NCBI RefSeq assembly: GCF_001194135.2
Contig: NC_068981.1
Span: 33,368,774-33,432,773 of the forward strand
Source: Octopus bimaculoides
Lineage: Eukaryota
Direction: 5' to 3'
DNA length: 64,000 nucleotides
Below are positions 54,335 through 64,000 of the stretch, piece by piece; the stretch's first letter is position 1; the number at the start of each line of letters is the position of its first letter. The translations under genes and the position numbers were made by a program. The notes beneath the pieces were generated by a model. The model was given only the letters and a program-made list of their open reading frames with translations, did no database searches and was not told the origin of the DNA.

Positions 54335-54678
54335 GGCACAGGTGTGGCTGTGTGTAAAGAAGTTTGCTTCCCAACCACATGGTTCCAGGTTCAGTTCTAC
54401 TGTATGGCACTTTGGGCCTTCTACTATAGCCTCGGGCCAACCAAAGCCTTGTGAGTGGATTTGGTAAACAGAAACTGAAAGAAGCCTGTCATGTGTGTGT
54501 TGTTTTTTGAGTGTGTGGGTGTGTGTGCATGTGTCTTTGTGTCTATGTTTAGATCCCACTACCACTTGACAACCGGTGTCGATGTGTTTATAGAAGACAC
54601 TTGCCCAAGATGCCACGCAGTGGGACTGAACCCAGAACCATGTGGTTGGTAAGCAAGCTACTTACCACACAGCCACCT
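54335..54678. mobile_element. Inverted pair of tRNA-SINEs (54335-54590 plus; 54591-54678 minus head)
   Basis: Both carry gtggctgtgtg...aaccacatggttc...ggttcag heads in opposite orientation. Confidence 0.82.
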
Positions 54679-54960
54679 CTTCTAATTTCCTGAATACAAA
54701 CATATACATTATCTTTAGTCAAATAATCTTGCTTTATTCCTATCTATACTTTTAACTATTTTTATCATCTGCTTTTAACTTAATGCCTTCAAAATATTGC
54801 ACAAACATTTTTTTAATAATATTTAAGCTAACACGGAAGCTCCTCACCAGCGTTTCTTAGAGTGAGGTGAGCTCACAGAGGGGTAGTAAATGCCAAGAGG
54901 AGATTGGATGTTTAGAAGTTTTTAAATCCTATTGATATCAAATGAAAAACAAAAAGCAAA

Positions 54961-55244
54961 ATTATGTACAGTTTACATTAATCAGAGTGGTGACCTCATT
55001 TTGATTGTTGTTTTCCCTACATTTTGGCCGTATACGCACCCGCCTTCTTCAGGTGTCTTGTGATTCACCTTAGTGGATAAAGGCATTAGTTAAAGCAGTG
55101 CAATCAGCTAGAGGTCCAAGTAAGACACTAAGGTGGATCACAAGACATCTGAAGAAGGTTGGAGCATACAACAGCTGAAACATAGCAAAAGCAACCATCA
55201 AGATGAGGACAGCATCCCAACTGATGTTAAACAATGTACATAAT
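54961..55244. mobile_element. Inverted pair of Penelope-like terminal repeats with hammerhead-like cores
   Basis: Arms 54961-55075 and 55126-55244; core 33 bp (55043-55075 versus 55126-55158) has 2 mismatches; both arms end tgtacataat and contain CTGAAGA. Confidence 0.7.
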
Positions 55245-56839
55245 ATAAAATTCCTCATCTCAGAAAAATAAAATTGAGAAAAAATTAGTTACAATAAATT
55301 ATTTTCAAGTTTGAATTCAAATATTTTCTTCTTGTTCTTATATTTGAAAAAACAAATGTATTTACCCTGCCATGTTCCAAATATTTTTTTATGCACTATA
55401 ACTATGGTCAGATGTTATTTTTAGTACCGTATTCTGCTAGCATAGTTGTGGTTTTTCTTAGAAATAAAATATTTAAACCAGGTACAATACTTATATTTTA
55501 AATACATTTTCAAAGATACAAAACAAAACTATTATTGGTATTAGAATATGAGGACAGTGTGTTATCAGTGAGCATAAAATATGACAGATGATGTGCCAAG
55601 GTTCAAAATAAGTTAGTTATATAAGTCCTCACCTAGTCTAGTAATTACTATAAATATTTAACATAAGGGGCACTAGTTCACAAATATCTAAAAACAAAAA
55701 GGCACATGCTGGATGGAGTGATATACAAAAATATGAATAACAAACTATTGTACAAAATTAATTCTGTTTGATAAAATAATCTCCAAAAGAGGATCTTTTG
55801 TAAAATGCCTTCTAGAGAAAGGAGGTGCTAAGCTACAACAGTTTGAGAACCACTACCCTCAATTGTCATTCTGTCTAATAGAAACAGCTGTCAAATCTCT
55901 CGCAAATCAAACTCTACCATCTTAAAACTGGAAATGAATTCATCAGATAATGTAGTTCCAGAAGAAAATAGATGAAACAGTCATGGTTGGAACACCTGTA
56001 ACCACAAGGTTTGCTTGATCAGCGAGCTACATAACAACAATTAAATGACACTAATAGTGTCACAAAGATCATGTTTTCATTTTGCACACCTTGTTCAAGA
56101 GCAATTTGTGAGAATTCAATAAAATATATCAGGTACCTCTTAAAGTTTTAATAGTTTCCAAAATCTCTTGACTCACTTCATCAACACTTTCTAATAATAA
56201 CCATGCACTTATTCTCTGTCTCACTCTTCCATCCTTTTAATATCCTTTCATCTTATCATTGAAATAACAAGCTGGAATCAAGCTTACAAGAAGCAGTCTT
56301 ATCTTCTGTTCTGTTGCTCAGCAATAATTTGACTCAATTTCAACAATGGGTAACAGAAACCTAGTATTATATTCTGAGCTGAAATCCTGTCAAGGTCAAC
56401 TTTGCCTTTCATCCACTTGGGGTCAATAAAATAAGTACCAGTTGAATACTGGGGGAAAGGGTCAATGTAATTGACTAGCCTCCTTCTTCAAAATTTCGGG
56501 TTCTGTGCCTACAGTAAAAAGAATTATCAAAAAACTATTCAGTAAAACTAAAATAAAGCATATTTTGAGGAAAGCAGGCTTCACATATGACATAACATGT
56601 CTCCACAATCCTCAGAGGGCTGCTGAAGACAGCAATTCTCAAGTCAGGAGAATGTAAGTCCCTGCTTGGAGAAGATACCAGATGCTAATATTTCCAAAAG
56701 ATTTGTAATTCACTGTATTCAGTCAGATGAAATAAAATGTTAGAAAGTATTTCACTTCCCATAAGAAATACCAGCATAAGATACAAATCCTCAACTCATG
56801 CATATATAAGCCAATACTGTATCCATTTGCCCAATGTAT

Positions 56840-57540
56840 AGGTGCAGGTATGGCTATGTGGTTAAGAAGTATGCCTCCCAACCACAGTGAAGGTGTGTGG
56901 CTTAGTGGTTAGGGTATTCAGCTTGCGATCATAAGGTTGTGAGTTCAATTCTCAGTGATGCATTGTGTCCTTGAGCAAGACACTTTATTTCACGTTGCTC
57001 CAGTCCACTCAGCTGGCAAAAATGAGTACTACCTGTATTTCAAAGGGCCAGCCTTGTCATACTCTGTAACATGCTGAATCTTCCTGAGAACTACGTCAAG
57101 AGTACACGTGTTTGTGGAGTGCTCAGCCACTTGCACATTAATTTCGGATCAACTGGAACCCTCGTCATAACCAACAGGTGCCAATTTTTTTGTTTTTTCC
57201 AATGACATGATTTTGGGTTCAATCCCACAGCACAATACCTTGGACAGAGGCGTCTTCTACTATAGCCCCAGGCCGAACAAAAGACTTATGAATAGATTTG
57301 GGAGATGGAAACTGAAAGAGGCTTGTTGTATATGTATGAACGTATGTGTGCATGCATGTATGTATTTGTGTCTCATTGTCTTGATATCACATGATAGTTG
57401 TAAAAATATGTCCAGCCATGGTGGAATATTATCTTGCTTGGAAATAAGTGAGGGTTAGCAATAGGGAGGGCAGCTGGCTATGGAAAATCTTAGTAAAAGA
57501 ATTCCATCTATATGATCCATGCAAGCATGGAAAGTGGATG
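56840..57540 (+). mobile_element. Nested SINEs: second-family SINE inserted in an OK-like SINE head
   Basis: Head ggtgcaggtatggctatgtggttaagaag...caaccaca is interrupted at ~56887 by a tggcttagtggttaggg element and resumes near 57206. Confidence 0.7.
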
Positions 57541-58019
57541 CTGAGATGATAACAATGACTTTGATTTAATAGCAACTTAAAATCCTGTCAAAATTACACT
57601 AGCATTTTACCTTGAGAGAGATTATTCTTTAGACCAGTTCAAAACTAAATTTAACACAAAGCAGACTAACTTCTACTGACCTTTCTATATCTCTCCTCTC
57701 TATCTTCTATTCTAAATCTCGTAGCCAAATTTTCTTACCTAAATATTATTTTTGATAAAATTAAAATTAGGTAACACCTCCCTATATACTGAGTTCAAAT
57801 ACTGCTCAATTTGACTTCATCTTTTAGCCTTCCAGGGTCAATAAAATAAGTGTTGGTCAAGTACTGGAATTAATATTGTTGAATATACTCTAAAAGATGC
57901 TGTCCTGGTAAAAGAATGAAATAATTTTTGTCATGACATGTGCTAAATATACCACATTTAATACTATCTCCAAAGCATATATTTCTAGAATACAGAGTGG
58001 TCACATCCTTGTACTTTGA

Positions 58020-58510
58020 GAGTATGCCCTGGCTCATTGCCATCTTCTTTCTCACCCTCTCTCTCTCTCCAACTGGGATGACCACATATACCTTCTGCTG
58101 CAAGACACTTGTTTCTGTCCCTCTATCATAGTTCAACCTTTCATCACCTGGCACAAAGCCACCTCTTTCAATACCTCTTCCCCTCTCAATTGAGGGGACT
58201 TTGTCTCACAAGTTATATGGTGACTTCACTGGTGCTGGTGCCACATAAAAAGCACCCAGTCCACTCTGTAAAGTGAATGGCATTAGGAAGGGCATCCAAC
58301 CATAAAACCATGCCATAGCAGACTTCACTGGTGCCACATAAAAAGCACCCAGTACACTGTAAAGCGGTTGACATTAGGAAGGGCATTCCACTGTAAAAAC
58401 CATGCCAAAGCGGCTAATGGAACTTGGTGCAGTCCCCCCAGGCTTATCAGCTCCAGTCAAACCATTCAACCCATGCCAGTATGGAAGGCAGATGTTAAAT
58501 AATGATAATG
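58020..58510 (+). mobile_element. RTE-LINE long 3' UTR plus shared tail, internally duplicated
   Basis: Homologous to 18610-19072; two copies of the ggtgccacataaaaagcacccagt...ggaagggcat block. Confidence 0.75.
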
Positions 58511-59790
58511 TTGACAATGAGAGTGATGTGAAAAATAGCAGCTTTTTAGTTTTATTTCTATATGTTGTACAAATATTTTTGAACAGGTTTACATTTTTTC
58601 CCAGACTATCATGGTAGGGAAATGGTTTGAAAAATTTAATCATTAACTGCATCCTTTTTGAAAAAATAATTTTTTTCTAATGTTCTTATTCAACTGTTAA
58701 AAATCAATTTCTAAAAATGAATTAAAAATAGAAATGCTCAGTTTTTATCATCACCTTTCCTCATATTCATCTACAATCTGTCAAAACTTCTATGTTTGAT
58801 TGTAAACATTTCTTTAAATTTAAACAAAAATTAAATGAAGACCATGACCTTTGCAGCCCTCAAAGACTACTGAGATTGAGGCGGTCAATGCTTAATTCTA
58901 CTACTCCAAAATATTTTTTTAAAAACAAGCTACCAAATACAATCAAGTCAACAGGAGAAAAAAAAAAGTCTAAATAAACTAGTGATGAGCTGTGTCAACA
59001 AAATTCATAAGGTAAATGGGTGTGCCATGAGAAGAGGTGAACTTTAACGTCTAGGGCAGGTCCTTTCTCAGAGACACAAACTTATCTGACAATAAGGTTG
59101 TTATGATTATATGTGCAGGGTTTGATGAATTTTGGAAGCAATATTAATAGGGAAATTAAGAAACCTCATTAAAAAAAAAGTGAAAAGGACAAAGTTGTTC
59201 AGTACAAAACCAAAATCTTCTTACCCACCCCCTTCATAATTCATACAGAAATATTCAACTATAGGAATAGTTCAATCGTTCATTTACTTTATTTGAAAAG
59301 CTACTGCAGCCTGCAGTATTTCTCCTGAAAACAATATGAAATGTCATTATTTCCTGAGCGTTACAAGTCAGATTTAAAGGATAAGATTAAATTTAACAGT
59401 GAGGTGAGCCTTTAGGGTGTTCAAGACTCACTTTTCATACATGCAAAGCAAAACATACCCAGGTTTTGACTTAAAATGAAACAAGAATATTTGTCCTTTG
59501 CTTCTAAAGATGCTATATTCATAATGAGTCACCTACAATTAAAACACCATTGAAATAATTATCTCACAAGAATATTTCTTACAAATAGTATATTTACCTT
59601 ACGAAGCTATTTTCTCAGCAAGTAAATATTTCAATAGCTAAAAAGATTGATTTACTTACCTAAAGTAATATATTATTTCTACCCTCAAAATTTGCACATA
59701 TTAAGACAGTAAGGCTCCATTCTTATCCTAAAAATATTGGGCGAATTTGAAGAAAAATTGATAAACATAGTAGGTCCCATGTGCACATAC

Positions 59791-59863
59791 CAGATGAAGC
59801 TTTTATTCTACAAGCAGACTGTCTCTGTTTTGTGCTAATCCAACAGCTACTATTATCTATCAT
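59791..59863 (-). CDS. Candidate first coding exon segment MIDNSSCWISTKQRQSACRIKASS
   Basis: gctATGa start, ctg|gtatgt donor, ends phase 1. Confidence 0.25.
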
Positions 59864-60511
59864 AGCTGCTGCACTGAAGGAACTTTGCAACAATGTCCCA
59901 TTAAACGACAGTTCTTGGCGTAACACATGGATACAATTGAATCGCAACAACCAAATTTTCTGTTGACGTGCTCTGCTGTCTTCAGCTATTTATCACTTTC
60001 ACGACTATTGCTTCGTACATTTCCCACTCCCCTCTCTTGTACATTCCCCTATCACCTAAAAACGACTACCCGCACAGTTAACACCGCCCTACCACACTTT
60101 ATGGCCGGCAACAATTTCAAGTAGGAGATCAATAAACCTGATCTTATTTATGTGCTTGTTTGTTTCTTTCTTTATTTGTTTTCACGTTTTATTTTTATTC
60201 ATTTTCATTTTATATCCTTTTAGAGATGCCTAACAATGATTGGTTCGTTCTTTCTGTTGCAGAGCAATATTTAATAACAATAGGAAAATACCAAAATAAT
60301 TAATTAGTTGTCTGCTAAAACACAAATACATTCATTTTTATATAAATATATATGTATACACTCATGCAATTATACATATTTGGTATATTGACACGACATA
60401 GACAACTTCCTTTCTTTCACACCCTCTTCCTCAATCGAACGTGTCAGTTCATTATCGTACTCTTTTTTTTTCTTTTTTTTTTCTTGTTTCTCATTGAAAA
60501 TATATTCTTAC

Positions 60512-60548
60512 TACGACCCAGTAAATTTATCAATGAATGTCCGTCCAT
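60512..60548 (-). CDS. Candidate coding exon segment MDGHSLINLLGR
   Basis: Lies in an exon-like unit 60512-60589 with ttcttactgcag acceptor and gtaaga donor; ends phase 1. Confidence 0.22.
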
Positions 60549-61610
60549 ATGAAAAGAATTAGCAACTTAACTCGCTGCCAATATCCCTACTGCAGTAAGA
60601 AATCATCAAATGAAACTGGTTGCAGCAATGGACTGAACGAACGAAGGAAAAAACGAACGAAGTAAACAGACAGGTTTCATCCTCGGATGGGTGCCAGTAA
60701 ATGGATGGATAGATAGATAAATGGGTGGATAGATGGATAGACGGGTTAGATTTCTAGAACTTATGATATATCCTACAAACAGACCAGCAGAAAATAGAAC
60801 TTGGTATTATTATTATTTTATAACATGTACTGCACACGTGCAAAATGAACTCTGTTAACGCGGATGTGGCAAGATAACAAACTGGTAGTAGAAATTACAA
60901 ACCAGCCAAACTAACAAATCTTTATTGATACACATAAGATGAGGATGTGTGGTATTGAATATACAACGGATAATTTCTCAAGAAATGGTAAAGATTAAAA
61001 AAGAAAAACAAGTAGAGGGCAATAGGTTTGAATTAATGATAATAAAATTGTGATTTTCATTGAGTAATGGGGAAGTAAAAATAAAAATTAAATATAAACT
61101 AACAACAGATGGACTTGAAAATAGACGAAATAACAATCATGGGCTGATCAGCAACTGCTTGTTAATTATTAAAAGTCTGCTTTCAAATAAGTAATCTTGT
61201 ATGTATATATGTACATCCTATAAACATATTAATGTGGCTATGTATATTCACGTATTCACAAACACAAACAGAACATATAGAAGCAAACATACGATCGTGT
61301 ATATTTATATGTGTGTATGTGTATATATATATATATATATATAATGTGCGTGTGTGTATGTACGTGTATATGTGTGTATACATATATGTATACACACGGT
61401 TACACATAGAAATACATTACATACATACATACACATGTATATATATACAGACACACACACACAGAAGTTATATGGTTAATGTTTAACGTAAACGGAAAGA
61501 ACGGGACAGCGTTAAAATAAGTTTAAATAATATGTAGATGCATTCACGATATAAGTTGAAAATAAATAAATAAATAGATAAATGCCAGTTAGTAAAGTGT
61601 AACTTCTTAC

Positions 61611-61635
61611 CTCTGTGTCTATAACGAAGCACCAT
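61611..61635 (-). CDS. Candidate first coding exon segment MVLRYRHR
   Basis: acaaATGG context, gag|gtaaga donor, ends phase 1; upstream (CAA)/(CAT)-rich 5'UTR-like sequence. Confidence 0.27.
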
Positions 61636-62541
61636 TTGTGTCTAAGCAGTCGATGTGTCGACAATACTGAGCTGACATCAATTAGTAGCCGCAGATTAGA
61701 AAAACACAAGGCTTCTCGATGTTCTTATTACTGAATGCCCAGTATGAGTTACAAAATGCTTCTGTCACGTTAGTATCTCGGTTAACAGGATATGCGATTT
61801 CTTCCCTTCCATAGGTTGCTTTTCTTCTGTTGTACTTGCTTTGTTTGTTTGGTGTTGTTATTGTTGTTGTTGATGATGATGATGACGTTCGTGGAGGTGG
61901 GTGTGGCGATAGGTGTGAGGATATGTGGTTGTTGCTGTTATTGTTATTTGTTTATCTCCCTTCTAACACCTTCAAGGAAGATGAAATGATCCATCAGTGA
62001 AGCTGCATTCACCAGTAAAAATGTTTAGGGTGATAGCAGTAACTGGAAAAAAAAAAATCACACACACACATACGCCACGTGTGCACACACCACGCGCACA
62101 CATACACTCACACACACACACACACACACAGATAGAGAAAGAAAGAAAGTGTAGAGAGAGAAAGATGAACGACCGAAGAGAGTGAAGCAGTTAGGAATGA
62201 GATCTTATGGCTTGAGCAGGGTCTGGAGCCCAATATTAACTTGTGTATCCAATGGTTGACTATGCAGGGGCCCCAGTTCATTACTTTACATTGGGATTAT
62301 AATGGAGCTATGGTTGCCCTGGTTACCTGTAAACACACATGTATGCATATCTATGTATGTAACCACGTGCGTGTGTGTGTGTGCGTGTGTGTATGTGTGC
62401 ACATGTCTTGTGGTTGTGTAAATTTATAGCTGCATATATGCATGTAATCATATATACATACATACACACACACATACACAAATACATATATACATACATG
62501 CATATATATGTATGTATGTATGTCTATGTATGTATATATAT

Positions 62542-63935
62542 ATCATCATTGCCATCATTTAATGTCTGTTTTCCATGCTGGAATGGGTTGGACAATTTGA
62601 CAGGAACTGGTATGGCCAGGATCCACACCAAGATCCATTGTCTGTTTTGGCATGGTTTTTACTGCTGGATGCCCTTCCTAACATCAACCACTTTACAGAG
62701 TGGACTAGGTGCTTTCTACATGGCATAAGCACCAGTGCTTTCTACATGGCACCAGCATTAGTGCCTTTTATGTGACACCAGCACCAGTGCTTTTTATGTG
62801 GCACCAGTACTGATAGGGTTACCAAGTAACTTGTAAGACAAAGGTCCCTTTCAGCTGGGAGGAGGGGGTAGTAGGGTGAAAGTACTAATTGATGAGGGAT
62901 TAGAGCTATAGAGGGGGTAGGTGTTTTGCTGCAGATACATGAATACTCCAGTTGAAAAAGAAAGGAAAGGCAAGTTAGAGAGTAAAATGAAAGAGAGAAG
63001 GCAAGACAGAGAATAAAATAAAGAGATCAATATTGGAAGAGATGATGGTGAAGACATGTTGGGACATGCCCTCAAATGATTTTAAGGGTGGTGAGAATAC
63101 GTGGGCTGATACAGAGGTTTGGACTCGATGGGCGGGTAGATTGGAGGTGATAAGACAAACGATGGAGCGAGATATTGGAGAGGCTCAGGGGCAGGTAGGG
63201 GTTGTGGTAGGTATGCGAGGACATTGAGGATGATAGCAGAGAAGCGAGGTGTTAATGATGTAGAACAACGCAGAGGAGAGAAGACACAGAAAAGAGGTGG
63301 TAGGTGGAGACAGTAGGCATGGGAAGATAATGGGAAATGGAAGCGGTTCAAGGTGGGGAAGGAGGTAATTGAGAGAATAGCGGGATGTAGTAAGTACCTA
63401 TTCTGCTCCCAGATGATACAGAAGTGATGGGTTTAGAGGATAAAAGGTAGGAGGGAAATGATTGATGGGGACTTTTTACATGATATAAGCAGAGCCCCTC
63501 ACAGACAAGCATTAAATAAGCCTTAACCAAAGTCATTTAGGATATCAATTCTGCTGTGGTGGACAGGTCTTTGAGTACAGCAAGGCACCCAATATTTTGG
63601 TCCTTGGTTATCTCCTTCATAAGGCTCAGTGTCTTGAGTTCAGCCTTCAGTACTATGTCCCATGTCTTCCTGGGTCTCCCTCTTCCATGAGTTTCATTCC
63701 CTTTAACTGATCGGCACTTCTTTATGCAGCTGTCCTCATTCATACACATCACATGACCAGTCTTTTCCCTTTGCACACTGCATCTAATTCCTCTCATGCA
63801 TAACTTTTCTTCCAACACACTAGCACTCTGTCACTCATGTACACCAACATTGCACATCCAGCAGAATGTATTAGCTTCATTCCTCTCTAGTCTTCACATG
63901 TCCTCTGGATTCAAGTCCCACATCTCACTACCTCA
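62542..63935 (-). mobile_element. 5'-truncated RTE LINE: ORF2 C-terminus, ~0.7-kb pyrimidine-rich 3' UTR, shared tail
   Basis: GSEMWDLNPEDM*RLERNEAN..WMCNV, GHVMCMNEDSCIKKCRS..GRGRPRKTW, then a non-coding stretch, gtgccacataaaaagcac units and the ccatgc..gcatgg tail. Continuity across the UTR is inferred. Confidence 0.82.
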
Positions 63936-63959
63936 TCGCCGTCATTATCATTGTCATTG

Positions 63960-64000
<41 letters not shown>

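Larger units (their letters stand above)
53351..55440 (+). repeat. Dispersed direct duplication of ~180 bp (53351-53526 and 55262-55440)
   Basis: Shared ttcttcttgttcttatatt, ctgccatgttccaaatattttt, atgcactata, cagatgttatt, ctgctag blocks in the same order. Confidence 0.85.
59790..62200 (-). promoter_or_regulatory. CpG-retaining promoter / 5' region of a putative minus-strand gene
   Basis: About 10 CpG in 59900-60120 and continued CpGs to ~62200, versus very few in non-repeat DNA elsewhere (e.g. 20400-22700); no TE signature; several minus-strand GT donors. Confidence 0.55.

Noticed and set aside
56130-56240. Minus frame VRQRISAWLLLESVDEVSQEILETIKNFKR
   Set aside because: In-frame stop just upstream and no credible acceptor.
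59660-59790. Extra minus-strand gtaagt donor at ~59659
   Set aside because: No acceptor or open frame ties it to the upstream exon; may be a non-coding alternative donor.
1-64000. Conserved miRNA, snoRNA or rRNA genes
   Set aside because: Spot checks from memory for common bilaterian miRNA seeds gave only partial matches; no rRNA-like tract seen. A covariance-model scan would be needed to exclude them.

Overview
AT-rich, gapped eukaryotic genomic window, almost entirely intronic or intergenic. The repeat families (tRNA-headed SINEs with internal microsatellites, RTE-LINE tails ending in (GAT)n, Nin-domain-like short repeats) match what I recall from Octopus genomes; this is recall, not a database search. 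I found no intact long ORF and no gene I can name. Well-supported content: a full-length decayed mariner (3520-5108) with both TIRs, TA TSDs and a nested LINE tail; a ~2.1 kb L1/Tx1-clade RT fragment (~49870-51989); several RTE-clade LINE fragments; more than 15 copies of a shared LINE 3' tail; several MITEs (hAT, piggyBac-like, pogo-like, mariner-derived, Helentron-like); many SINEs, microsatellites and five assembly gaps. The most interesting signals are three: (1) Penelope-type terminal repeats whose combined copies fold as a minimal type I hammerhead ribozyme, two of them forming a ~280 bp inverted repeat; (2) a spacer-less 124 bp palindrome built from 21 bp units; (3) a CpG-retaining promoter-like region at ~59.8-62.2 kb with three ATG-bearing, phase-1-ending candidate first exons of a minus-strand gene, whose downstream exons I can only propose at low confidence.
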